From Lama glama (taxonomy: Eukaryota), in NCBI GenBank assembly GCA_028534125.1, contig CM052816.1:74898001-74962000 (forward strand): 64,000 nucleotides of DNA. The letters are read 5' to 3'. The first letter of the stretch is position 1. Every line of letters begins with the position of its first letter. The notes under the pieces are model-generated. The model worked only from the letters and a program-made list of their open reading frames with translations, did not search any database and was not told the origin of the DNA. The position numbers were made by a program, and so were the translations under genes. This document shows, piece by piece, positions 1 to 12,387 of this stretch.

Positions 1-133
1 GACAATGAAAACACACACAAACACACACACACGGTGAGTCATTTAGAATGTAAAATGTGTACGGGTAATGGAGAAAAACAAAACAGAGACAGGAACAGAG
101 AGTATAATTGGAGAATATTTTACCTTAGGGAGG

Positions 134-192
134 TGTATTAGTTTTCTAATGCTGCATAACAAATTATCACAATCATAGGAGCTTGAAACAAT
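134..192 (-). mobile_element. MLT1 (MaLR) LTR terminal fragment
   Basis: tgtattagttttctaatgctgcataacaaattatcacaa is a typical MLT1 LTR end. Confidence 0.6.
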
Positions 193-344
193 GTCCATCA
201 TCCAAAAGACAAGCAAAGAAAACATGAAATGGTATCATTATACCAAAGAGGACTTGATTATTTCATAGATCTGGCTCTTGCCCCAAAGCCTCCATTTAGA
301 TTTATTTGTTATATGGCATTGTTTCAGTTCATTCTACCACACAG

Positions 345-700
345 ATGACAAATATTTGTCAAGTTCTTATGATATGCCTATTATTAAGGAGAACTTTGAG
401 ATAGACAAGTATAATATAGGTCCTCTCTCCTCAGTGAGTTTATAAATTAATTGGTGAGACACACACAAATTAAAGAACAAGTTGTAATTCAAGAAGTATG
501 ATAAGGCAATATTGGATTAAATGTCCATTTAATGGCACAAAAAATAAATGCCAAGAGTTCAAAGGAAGGTGGTATAGGCTGTCAGTGAAGAATGAGGGAG
601 AAAGGACTTGGGACATAAGCAATTAATAGAATTTAGATAGGTAGATTGTGGAGTTTTTCAATAAATTTGAGGAACAAGTAAGGTCACAACATAGGCCAAA
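345..700 (-). mobile_element. Degraded L2 3' fragment
   Basis: caaatatttgtcaag...tcctctctcctcagtgagtttata resembles a reverse-oriented L2 3' end. Confidence 0.45.
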
Positions 701-769
701 GAATGCATGTACATATTCAGATGAACCTGATTGAAAAAAAGGGTTTGTGTGTGTAGCACAGCAGCATTT

Positions 770-1210
770 GTTACAATTGTTTTTACCGCAAAGAATACTC
801 AACTCAGCTGGCGGACTGATGAATTCTTTAAACTACAAACTCAGCGGTAAAATTTGCTTCTTCAAACATGATTTCAGGACCACAAGCTGTTATTATTATT
901 TCAGGTCTTTCTATCATTCTCCATCCTTCTACTTTTCTCTTTCTGGTGGTCTGACTTCAATCTGCAAACTGGCTCTCTGTGCCTGATGGCAAAAACAGCC
1001 ACTAACATTACCGCATTCATATATACTTAACTTAGAAAGTGTATGGGGGAAAAAAGTACTTCTTTCTCACAGCACCTGAATGTCAAATCAGAGAAGAATG
1101 ATTGGCTTAACCCAGATCATGTACTTAAATGAACTAACTACTGCAGCCAGAGGAATGAGACTATTACAATTTCCTCAGCCCTCAGTGTGTGCCAACATCT
1201 TGTGATGGTT
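770..1210 (-). mobile_element. Old MLT1 LTR (K/L-like)
   Basis: ctcaactcagctggc...gattggcttaacccagatcatgtac...cagccagaggaatg follows the layout of old MLT1 LTRs. Confidence 0.5.
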
Positions 1211-1983
1211 GTGAGGAAGAGGTGCACTGGAATTGGAAGAGGGTATTTCTCAAAAGTAACAGAAGTGCTATACAGGCAAAAACTAGCAGATTCCCTTATA
1301 GTAACATCTCAATCTTTTCCTTGGGTTTGTCAGAGCAAAATGTTTGAGAGGTATACTATATTTCTATACTATACACACCATCTTTAAGCTACGAAACTCA
1401 ATCCTCATATGACAGAATGATTTCTGAAGTCTGAAAAGTTTCTTAAGACATCCAGCCATGTAGTTCTAGAAGGTGAGCATACTCTCTCCTCCTCTCACCA
1501 CAGCCCCAAATCACTATTATAGGGGAATAAAGCTGGGAAGACAGACAAATTTAGACAATGGATCTGAAAGTACAGATAAGGATATCATTGGATATCATTG
1601 TGGAAACTGACATTTATATTTTATTTTTTAAAAATCCTGTATTTGTTTTTAATTATCTACTTGCAAAATATTCTGAGTCTTTCTTACTTTCTTATGGACT
1701 TCTTATGGAGAAACTAAAACTAGAACATCCAAGTAACCTGTGCTTCTGTCTCCTCCCTCATCCACACATTACCATACCTTTCACATTTTAGCTATCCTAA
1801 ACCTATGACCCAAAACATTCTGGGGGTTGAAAGAAGACTGTGTGGTTTTATTCTCCAACTGTCCCACCATACTATTCTATGTGGGTAAGCAAAACAGTCT
1901 GACCTCACTGAAGAATGTTAAAGGATGTGACTAATCATATCTGTAAAATTTGCTGTCAGGGACAACCATAGGAGGTACTAATG

Positions 1984-2098
1984 AAGAATTATGAAAAACA
2001 GGATGTCAGACTAAATCTGATAAAGAATTATGAAAAGACAATGTCAGAGTAAACATGATAAAGAATTATGAACTACAGGACATTAGAGTAAGCTCAAT
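1984..2098. repeat. Degenerate minisatellite, 3 copies of ~38-39 bp
   Basis: AAGAATTATGAA starts at 1984, 2023 and 2061, each followed by a related ...gtcagagtaaa-like tail. Confidence 0.85.
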
Positions 2099-3039
2099 GT
2101 AACTAATGATGCAAATTGAATACTTGCCGACTACTGCTAAAAGTAGGATGATGTATAACTATAACTTTAATTCCTTATAAACAGAGCTGAAAATCCACTA
2201 TAGTTTTGTAACCACTTGCTGGCTATCTGCAAGCATTCTGGGGATTTGCTTTGTTCAATAATAAAATCAGCTAATTCCATATATATAATTGGAGTGTTCC
2301 TTCAGATTTTTATTTTCTTTTCTCCCAAAGACTGCAACTATTTACTTAGAAGTTCCAGTGAGTTTCAGGAGTCACTTTAAGGTAAAGGAAGGGCATGTAA
2401 GGAGAATAAACTGAGACAATCTGAAGCACACAGTGGATTCAGGGCCCCAAAGAATTTATTTAAACCCTTTGTGTCACTGAGATCATCTAAAAGCTAAACC
2501 AAAATTCCTTGTTCAGAAAGTTGTAGCCAAAGTGTTTCCAAAATTAACCCAGACCGTGAAAGAGACCAAATTGCTAATTGTAGGGTACTGAATACTAAAA
2601 TATCCATGAGTTTTCTTTAGCTTTTGTTAAAACCAAATATTCTAGTTTGTCCTTGTGAATTAACTACCACCATCATCATGAATAATTAGATCAATAGAGG
2701 GAAAAGGTGAAATAATATACCTAAGTATACATTTTTATCTGGTTTTTGTGTCATGTTTTACTCTTTCTCTATTGCTGTTCTTTCACATTCTGTTTCTTTT
2801 AAAATATATGTATGAAATTAAAACACACACTTAAAAATTACACCATACCAAATAAAATGTTAAAGTCTCCCACCCAATCCCACAAACCCCAATCTCTTTC
2901 CCTGGAGAAAAATAATTTTGTTTTACTAATTCTGCTTTTAATTTTCTGGTGGTTAATGCCACAATTCTAAATGATATGCTTAATCCGAGGGTTGGAAAAT
3001 TCTCTTTATATGATGACTCCAAATTTTTTAACTCTATTC

Positions 3040-4270
3040 ATGACTTCTTGATTGAGCTCTGGTCTCATAAAGCCAGCTTCCAGCTTGCATGTATAATAAG
3101 CATTTCAAACTTAACACCTCTAAAATAGATTTCTAGATTCGACTCTACTTCCTATCCCAAATTAAATCACATTTAGTCTTAATTAAAGATCATTTAGTCT
3201 TTCTGTCTTTTGTAAATGGCACCATGATCTACTTGGGTGCTCATATTAGAAATCATCCCTGATTATTCCTTTTTCTTCTTTCTTTCTATTCAATCAATCA
3301 GCAAGTTGAAAGAATGCTCTCTGATCAAAGTATATCTTGAAACTTTCCTCTTCTATACATCTCTGCTCTGCCTACTTCAAGGCACCACTGTTTCCTAACT
3401 GAACCATTAGAACAGGTATCAACTGGTCTCCTTGCTTCAGCTCTTGCCCCATTTCAATCCAATTTCTATACAGCAGCTGGCTTTAAAATGTTAGTCAGAT
3501 CCTATTCCTCTTCTGCTTAAAACTCTTCTACTACTTTTAGAATAAAATCAAAATGTCTAATTGTGACCTACAAAGTCCTGTGGGATCTGATTCTTGTCTG
3601 TCTTTATAATCTCATCTCTTACCACACTCCTATTGGCATCCGTTGCCCTGACCTCTGTTTGGAGGGATCTGCCGACTTCCTTCTCATCTTTGAGGTCAGT
3701 TTAAATGTCACTTTCTAGAGGAGCAATCCTGGGCTAACCCATTCCATTTCCTTTCCCCTTGCCTTCTCATGTAGATGTTGAAAAGGTAAAGACTTTCCCC
3801 AGCCTCCTTGTAGCTGGTGGAGGCCATGCTACTCAGTGATGCTAATGAGATGTAAATTTAAACCAGCTCTTCCATTTCATCCTCCCTTCCTGCAATGCAG
3901 ACAGAAAGCTGGTTGTGTAGCATCCCTACTAAGGATGGCAGAGCAAAGAGAAAGGAAGAGCCTTGTTCCTTATAGCATGGTTGAGACTCCATTATTAGTG
4001 TGAACTGAAAACCCAGACTTCTTATTTCATGAGAAAAACAACTATTGTGTAAGCCACTATTTTTAAAGTTTTCTGGTAATCACAGATAAACATAACCCCA
4101 AATTATACAACATCCACATTGTTTTTTTTCCTATCATACCACCGTCTTAAGATCACTTTATAACATTTACATGGATCAGAATTATTCTGTTTACTATTTA
4201 TACTACTTTATTATATGTTTATCCCGGTCAACAAATGGCTGTTGAGTAAATGCTAAATAAAGGAATTTCA
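3040..4270 (+). mobile_element. L2 3' region, interrupted by an MLT1 LTR
   Basis: catttcaaacttaac, gtaaatggcaccat, actggtctccttgcttc, ctgcttaaaactcttc and tttaaatgtcactt appear in L2 order. L2-like tail resumes at about 4130-4270. Confidence 0.75.
3790..4110 (+). mobile_element. MLT1 LTR (H/J-like) nested in L2
   Basis: ttccccagcctccttgtagct...gatggcagagc...taagccacta...aattataca. Confidence 0.7.
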
Positions 4271-5179
4271 ATTGTTACTTGATTGATATAATTTATTTTT
4301 GCTCCTTGCTATGAAGGATGAAAATTTAGCTTACTAACCCCCAAATAATTTTGTTGTTATATTACATTTAGTTCCTTATGGTAAACTTTTGAACTTACAT
4401 AGTATTTAAATGGTAATTTTTTAGACACTACCTATTAACTCTTCACTATTTAAGCCGAGGGAATCAGCAATTCTGCATTCTTCTCCCACTATCTCCAAAT
4501 TTCATTACTTTCACATTGGCAAGCTTTGTAATATTTATAAACTTTTCTACACTTTATTGGGTCATTCATATTTTGCCAATTGATTGATTCTACAAATCAA
4601 CAATTGTTTTAAAAATTATGATTTTATAGCTATTATTAATTCTAAAACAGAGTTGCATAGATTAACATGTAATAAAGAAATTTTGTCCCATGTCACCAGC
4701 CCTGACACTTAATTATTTTTTAACCTTAATACATGCTTTTTGAAAAGTGCAAAGAATATAGAAGTGTATAGAAAAATAGTGAAAAGTACATACTCTTTAT
4801 AGCGTATTAATTACTTAGTAGAAATGGAATTTCATTATATATATTGTTCCATGACTTTCTTTTCTTGAGGTCTTATAGCCATCTTTCCATCCTTCTGTGT
4901 ATATATGTATCTTATTGTCTTTAATTGATAATAAGCAATCCATATGTTTGAAACAACATTTCTTTAACTCTATAGAAAGATCACTGAGACTGTTTCCTAT
5001 CATTTGCTGTAACATTAGTAAAATGAACTCTCCATATATTATATTTGTAAAGATACACAAGTAACTTAAAGAGATTAACCAAAGCTTTCTATTCTCTTTG
5101 TTTACCATACTGATTGACAAGCTGAATACTTGCAGCTGAAAAGCTACCCTCTGGTAGCAGTAGCAGTATTTTCCCCATT

Positions 5180-5502
5180 AGTCAGTTGAGTCGTACGTTT
5201 ACAAAGATGAAGTTGCACTGTTACAAATCTGTGATCTCTTCGTTTTTATTATTGTGATTGTACAATTCAATCATTACTATTAAATATTGATGAAAATGAA
5301 TATGAAAATAATCATTGCTTTGGAAAAACTTAATAAAGGAAAATCACTTAAAAAGGTATTGATTTAGAGGTGGGCTGGATGACAGTAAATGTTTGGGAAA
5401 ACACAGTAAAAATATAGAAAAATTCTTTACTCCTTTTGCCTGGTAAATGTCTTTAAATTCTGCTATACTTTAAATGAACAGAAACTGGAAATAATAGACA
5501 AT
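5180..5502 (+). mobile_element. Tigger/pogo DNA transposon remnant with decayed transposase N-terminus
   Basis: From 5302 reads MKIIIALEKLNKGKSLKKV, then after a frameshift DLEVGWMTVNVWE, similar to the first helix-turn-helix of Tigger/CENP-B-type transposases. Confidence 0.6.
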
Positions 5503-5507
5503 AGTTT

Positions 5508-5690
5508 GGGGGCATCTATTGAGATAATCATACAATTTTCCTCTGTTTAACTGTTAATGTAGTTAATTACATTGAGGGTTTTACTAGTATTTTACTTTTA
5601 TTCATTTATGTTATTCCCTTAGTGGACTACTGGGTTTAGTTTGCTAATATTTTATCAGTATTTTTGTACTTTATTTGTATTTTTATTATT
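5508..5690 (-). mobile_element. Old L1 ORF2 fragment
   Basis: gcatctattgagataatcat...tttgctaatatttt matches antisense L1 RT-region sequence. Confidence 0.65.
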
Positions 5691-6064
5691 CTGTGCCATC
5701 CATGCCTGGCTTTTAGCATCTGATGCCTGTCCTGACACCATTTGCAGACTTTTAAGAATTGCCTGGCCTGAGGCCCCATGCCAGATGGAAGTGTGGTGAC
5801 AAACTGTATTTTTCTTGGGCAATTGCTTCCTTTTCCCTCAGGCATATATGGAACAGCTATTTCCAGTCTCTAGTGGACATAAATAAGTTAGAATAAACTG
5901 GTTCTTTTTTTTTTCTTCATGTCTTCCAGTATGAACTAGAAACAAAGACATCTTATTTTGGTCTTTCTATTGTCAGAAGTGTAGAGGAAAAGAATAGCAT
6001 CATTTGAAACATTATCTAAATAATGCTGCTTAATCAGTTTCCTGCTTTGATTTTATATCACTCT

Positions 6065-6900
6065 TGTTAGCAGTTAGAATGCCCTTGGCTGCAAGTAACA
6101 GATTACCTGATTAACACTACTGAAATATAAAGACCATTATTGCAAAAAAGAAGGTTAGATAAAAAAAGAAAAAGCTTGCATCACTGGTAGATAGAATTAA
6201 GAAATGAGTGTCACAATTTAGTAACCAGAGACAATCATACATTTCTTTCATTGTTATACTTTTCAAATGTAACAGCCATTACAACAAAATATTAAAATAA
6301 TCTGACTTTACAACCTGACCATTAAATTTCTGTATCATAAAATATTTTAAAAGAAATTCAAAAAAAGTTGCATGTTCAGTTTTTATTTCTTAAAATATTT
6401 TGTATTAATAACATTTTAACATATTAGTGAGAATATGTTTCTGAATCACTAATAGACAAAACAAAATAAAAATATTGTTTACCTAAAATTATTAAAAAAA
6501 AAAAAGAAGTCCCTATATAGATGACTGTAATGTTAGTTTGCAGTTTGATTATGCCGAGCAGGATCCAGGACTTAATTTTCTACTCTGCTAACTTCAATGC
6601 TTCAACCTTGTCTCTTTTCATGGATGTAGGATGGCAGTTGATGTTCTAAGCATCATGCAAACCTATAACAGCATCCCAGGGGGAAAAAGATAAAGATAGG
6701 GGGAAATAGAGCTTTCTTCCTAGATCTCTCTCCTTTTAGCAGAGAGGATTATCTTTTGCAGAATCCCCAACAGATTTCTATTTGCATCTCATTACTCAGA
6801 ACTGAGTTATATTCCACCTCTGGCTGCAAGAAAGTCTTTTTTTCAGCCTCTATAGCTGGAGGTGGGCAATGGAAAAGGAAATTGGGAATGGCTAATATAT
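6065..6900 (-). mobile_element. Old MLT1 LTR split by a ~350 bp insertion
   Basis: Begins gttagaatgcccttggctgcaagtaacaga; LTR-like sequence resumes at aagaagtcc (~6505) and runs to gggaatggct. Confidence 0.65.
6154..6505 (+). pseudogene. Candidate retroposed mRNA 3' fragment, parent unknown
   Basis: AATAAA at 6465-6470, A12 at 6494-6505, flanked by AAAAAAGAAG at 6144-6153 and 6500-6509. Interrupts an MLT1 LTR. Confidence 0.5.
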
Positions 6901-8269
6901 TGGACTAACACTTCCCTAGCTCACTGCTCTATTTTTATTTGAATTAATTAATGTACTTGCTTTTTTTCCATCTTTCCTTTGTGCTCCCCAGCGTGATATC
7001 AGTTCTTCCTTAATAGGACTTAATATTTACATCCAAATACACTTTTAATGTTTTTCCTGATTCACTGAGTGCATCCTAGCCATTCCCTTTTAACTTTGTT
7101 GGCTTTGTTTTGTGCCATCACTTTTGAGGGCAAGTCTCAGTCTCTGTTTCTAATAGAAATATTAAGTGGTCATCACATTCCAAATGGTTTATCATACTTG
7201 AGATGTTTTCAGTCACTTGCTTCAAAACAGAATCTCATGAGGTCGGACTCTCCATTCTATTATTTCCAAAAACACACTTTAGTCCTTATATTTCCATGGC
7301 ATACTTTCCCCCCTGGCAATTATCAGTTTAATCATATTCCTTCTGACCATTAGCCTGCCAAAATAGAAAGAGTTAAGGACTGAATCTTCTTTACAGCCTC
7401 TGATTGTAAGAGAATTGACATTTGGAGAGTGTCATATTAGCACATTTATGCTTAGAGAATAGATTCAGACAAATATGAATGTGTCTATTAAATTGGGAGC
7501 ATCACCATCCTGAAGGTGTGGGTTAATCAGAGTATGGAGAAGAGGGCAAAGGCTACTGCATTGCAAAATCACTCTCAGAATGAACAATTGCAACATCATC
7601 TGTATGTCTCAAGGGCCAGCTCTTCTCTGAGTTAACTTCAATGTAGAATACAATTTTTTTAAAGAAAAGTAATAAAATATACCAGTTTGAAGTCTACACA
7701 TATGAAATTAATCTCAATACTATTTTCAACAGTTGTTTAGAACTCAGGCCAACCAAAAACTTTTTCAAGGAGGAATACTGCTGACTATATAACATTGTTT
7801 AGTGGTGGTGTGTGTAGCAATTATAATAACAATAAGACTACTTTTATTTGGTTTTATTCCTATTTCTAAATTCTCTACAGATAATCCTCCCCCACATCTT
7901 ATTGTCTGTACCTGGAGCAGATCATGCCTACTGCCCCATCCTTGGTCTGCTACTGGGGAAAACTAAAACTTTTTGTATGTTCACATTGTGTCTCAGTGCT
8001 TTATATATAACATATCAGAGAAGATATTGTTATTCATGATTTATTAATGAAAAAACTAAGACAGAAAATGTAAAGTTAGTGAGGTGATGAGAAAAATCCA
8101 TAATTAAACTCAGATCCATTAGGTTCCAAACCCATGCTCTCTGGTGAATACCAACTAGTTTATAGGGAGTTACAAGACTTGGAATCTCGTCCCAAACCTC
8201 ATGTGTCTGATCTGAAAAAGAGCAGGCTAGTGTGAACTGATAACTAAGATTCATTTTAGCTAATAAGCG

Positions 8270-8480
8270 GAACTTTCCTTTTTGGGTGCTCTTTATGTGC
8301 CAGGCATTGTGCTAAACATTTACATGTTATTTGTTTAAAAACAAAAAACCAAAAACAAAACCTAGTGAAGAAGGGGAAGAAATTGAGATGCAGAGAAGTT
8401 GAATAACATGCTGAAGGAACTCTACAGTTGGCAATTGGTGGAGCTGAGATTTTAATTCAGATCTGTCTGAACCTAAAATG
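8270..8480 (-). mobile_element. MIR SINE
   Basis: tatgtgccaggcattgtgctaaaca...gaaattgagatgcagagaagttgaataac...ggagctgagatttt. Confidence 0.8.
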
Positions 8481-9379
8481 CCTACATGCTTCAAAGAAAT
8501 TGTTCTCAGAGATGCATGTCAGAATAAGTAGAATGAAAGGGTGGAATTTTTAAAAGCATATTCAACAATATAAAATTGTTTTGTATTCACATTTCACAAA
8601 TATACTTGTTTTTATAGGGCAATTACTGAAAATGATTCTCAAATGCTATATCCACAGATAAGGGGAAAGTCAATATATGTAGGGTTATAAGCTGAAGGGA
8701 ATAATCAGTTTAATTCTCTCCAGAATGCTAAAAATAACAATGAACATATCAAAAGTTCCAGGACCAAGCAAGGAGAGGTGAGGATACAGAAGTAGGGTGA
8801 GGGTAATGTGGGGAAGCCACTTCATTAAGTATCGTTCCTTAACGAAGAAACCACAGTTGCTTCAGGCAAGCAAGTCAGGTCTCCATCTTTCTGAAGACAT
8901 TGGCAGCCTTAATATTTTTGTCTTTCTTGTAATTCCATCTGGTTATCATATAGTATGATTAGGTTACATCAGTAAAAAGGTAGCTATGTACTGTATCTTC
9001 ATGGAGCACATGGTCTTGTAAGGAAGCTTACAGACAAATCTCAGATTCTTGCCTTCTTTCTGATGCTGAGTAGGAAGTCATTAGCTAGCACTGAATTCAT
9101 GGAGAATTTCCTTTAGCTGATGTGCAGTACTGGCCAGAAGCCACGTCAGCTTTCTTCACCTCTGGGGAAAGGCTGGCCAAGAGCAAGGTGCCAAAGCCAA
9201 ACTTTACCTACTTCAAGTTTTGCCAGGGTACAGCCCTGTTTGCTCCCAACTCAACACAAGCTCATAAAACCTATTTCTGTCCTGTGGCACAGGAGCACAT
9301 GCAGCTTATTGGGAATTTGTCTGGACTAGTTGGACAAATAAAGGTGAGAATGGAGAGGAAAGGACAGATTCAAGGACCA

Positions 9380-9540
9380 TTATGAAGGAAAAACTGAGAG
9401 TGTTTGGGGACTGACTGGATGTGGACACTAAGAAGAAAAAGAACTTGGAGCAGGATCCAGCTTTTTTAGCCTGAGTGGTTTGGGAATGGTTATCGCTTGA
9501 TAGAAATATCAACCAAGATAACTGGAGGAGTACTTTAGAA
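9380..9540 (-). mobile_element. L2 fragment
   Basis: gactgactggatgtgg...ccagcttttttagcctgag. Confidence 0.5.
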
Positions 9541-9789
9541 AAACTGATAAGGACACCTACATGGGAATATGAAAAGATACGTTCAGCTTCACCAAATGAG
9601 GGTTAAAAGGGACATTCATCCTCCTTTCACTATTTGAATCAAATAACTACAGAATCCTCTCTCCCCTCACAATCTTGAATCCATAATAAACCATTCAGTC
9701 TCAGGTGTGACTCTAGATACTTACAGAGAAAAAGTGGAAAATTTAGTCAGTTCCCTATAGAGTTTCTGTCCTTTGCTTCTCCTTACTTC

Positions 9790-9945
9790 CATTATTGAGC
9801 ACTGTTTTATTATAGGCACCATTGTGAGCCTTTCATGTGTATTAGTGTATTTAATCACCACAACAAACCTATGAGAAGGAGCTATAATCATACCCATTTT
9901 GCTTATGAAGACACCAAAGTCCAGGGTCAGGAATTACATACAGCC
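9790..9945 (-). mobile_element. MIR SINE
   Basis: ttattgagcac...tttaatcaccacaacaaacctatgag...cccattttgcttatgaaga. Confidence 0.8.
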
Positions 9946-10330
9946 CACTCAGATTTAGAGATCTTGTGCTTCTTTGTCTCTTTCACCCTCTGCCTCCATC
10001 CTTATGGACAGCTCTGGAACCTGGTGATGCTGCTGGGAACAAGCATTACGTCTTTCCTCCCTGAGGCCTACTTGACTGAACAAAAAGTATCTAATTGTTT
10101 TGCATCCACATAACTAAAAGAAAGCATTCAAGTGATTCTTCCCAAAACAAAGAATGTCCACCCATAGGTGGCAAAGTGGCAAATTTGACATGGTCATATC
10201 TTTAGTTAACAAATCTTAAAATTTCCCCTTACTGTGCACACCTTACCTTGGAATGGAACTTACGTAGAAGGTGAGAATATACCAACATAGCTTATTAGGA
10301 AAGCCTTCCTTAGAGTTGACCCAAATGCAT

Positions 10331-10588
10331 CCTGTTGTTTACCATCAATGGAGAAGGGCAACTAAGGCAGTGCTTCAGGGCAGGTGTCTTGTAGTTCTAA
10401 GAACGGGCAGACTGTAATGTCTTCAAGCACTTAACACATGATCCAGCCACTAACTCCGCTCCTAGCTGCACCCTAGGAGCAGAGTTCTTCAAGTCCATTT
10501 GACAATCTATGCCCTGGAGGATTGCCCAGGCCAACTGTTCAGTGTCTACACTTCAACTCCTGTACTCCCATTGATGGTATACAGCAGG
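10331..10588. repeat. Imperfect ~258 bp inverted-repeat (MITE-like) element
   Basis: Outer arms 10331-10351 and 10568-10588 are 19/21 reverse-complementary. Inner arms 10366-10382 and 10510-10526 match 14/17. A central 8 bp stem spans 10458-10480. Confidence 0.65.
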
Positions 10589-11448
10589 TAACCCATTGGA
10601 AGTTCAGTAAAAGTGATGTCTATATGCTTTCAAAACTTCCTCAGTCCCCATCCTAGCCACCCTATATAGAACAATCTCCCTTTCAGTGCCTCAGGAACCT
10701 TGTTATCTCCCTAGAAGAAAGTGCAAGCTCTGCACAACTCATAGTGATATGGGAAAGAAAGAAGGCCTCTGCCTGACCTAGGACATGATAAGGGAGCCAG
10801 CAGAAGATCTCCCATCAATCTGGGACAATGTTGAAACAGAGATCAGCTTAGTTCTGTGGTCAGTATAACAGGTAGGAATCTAAAGTACTAAAAGCAAAAA
10901 GTCTGAGTGTCACACATTAGAAATTCAAGCAGAAATTCTGTGGAGACTTTTTAAGAAAAAATATAACAATATCAATGTTTAATAATGAAATCCATGCTAA
11001 GGCTCTTTTAGATAGTAGGACAAAAAGAGACCCCCACACATGACAAAGTAATGTCACCAGGACCATGCTCGTGGTTCCTATGAGACTCTTAGTTAGATAT
11101 GTCTACAGACACAAAGCACAAAGTCCGAGGGCACAGAGGAGTAGGGATCACAGTCAGGAACATGAAGAGGTTGGAAGAAATCAGGATAAATTACTGGGTC
11201 CCAGAAGTCTGGAAAGGGATCCAGCTCTGACCACACTGCATTATCAAAACAAATCCCCTGAGAAGGTTTTCAATTGGTTTGCCCAAATTTACTCTTAGTA
11301 GCTCTAGATGCAGACTTGCCTCTTCTGGGATGAGAAGAGAAAATCAGAAAGAAATCAGGCTGATGTACTTAGTCCCTAAAAACTCCAAACACGAGTCAGT
11401 CATATATCCTTGACTAGGCCTATGTCAATACTTTGCTCTTCATTGAAA

Positions 11449-11536
11449 GTATAACTGAATCTCTATGCTGTATGCTAGAAACTAATATAACATTGTAAAT
11501 CAACTATACTTTAATTAAAAAATAAATTTTAAAAAA
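11449..11536 (+). mobile_element. Short 5'-truncated L1 3' end
   Basis: gtataactgaatctctatgctgtatgctagaaactaatataacattgtaaatcaactatact followed by an A-rich tail. Confidence 0.8.
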
Positions 11537-12387
11537 GAGGCCAGCTGAATGAAAAAACAGAATTCCCATGACCTATTGACTTTGTTGCATCATTAATTGA
11601 AATTATCCCTGAGCCAATACATGACCAATTTCTTTATTATTCACACATTACTCAGTAGACTCCAGCTTCTTGGAATTCTAAATCTCTTAGCAATAGTTTT
11701 AATAGTAACACCACAATGTCTCATTGCTCTCCAGTAAGAGTCATCTCCATGTGATTCTTCCCAAGTCCATTATTACTTCTTTTCCTTTCCTTCTGCCTGT
11801 TCTTTCCCTTTTCCATGGCTACTCCAAATTGTTGTCTCTCAAGGTACCAAATACAGGCAAATGGCTAGAAACAGGAAACTGTCTTGAGTGGATCTTGTTT
11901 CATGTGTGAATACTAATTAGGGAGCAACCCCTATCACCACCCAATTCTAGAAATATTTGAGATTAGTATATTGTATATTGACTCCACTCAAATGGTGGAA
12001 TGCATTTGCTATTTAAGTATGAAAATTACAAAATTTTATAATTTTACAATAACATTTAAGTATATTATGAGTAAGACTATTACTGCCTAATGAGTTAAAC
12101 TACCTAAGAATCACATTCATTAGCTCTAGGTAAAAGTGAATGCTGCATTAAAACCATTTGTATTGCCTACCTATGAAAGCTAAATAGATAAAGAAAGTGA
12201 TAGGGGACACACTTAATCTAGGAGTATTTGCAATACAAAAATTTTCTCTCAGATGTAACACTTATCCATAGATTATACTCAGTAAATAGTTATTGACTAT
12301 TACATTTGAGGAATAGAAAGAATAATATAGATCTCCACCCATGAGGAGTTTGCAAATTTATAATCTTGGGGATTGGATGATACTTTT

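Noticed and set aside
781..852. TTTTACCGC / GCGGTAAAA inverted repeat with CpGs, suggesting a structured RNA
   Set aside because: Only 9 bp, lies in sequence that aligns by eye to an old MLT1 LTR, and shows no tRNA or snoRNA architecture.
1984..2098. Regularly spaced repeats as a CRISPR-like array
   Set aside because: The intervening sequences are homologous to each other, the context is mammalian, and there are no cas genes.
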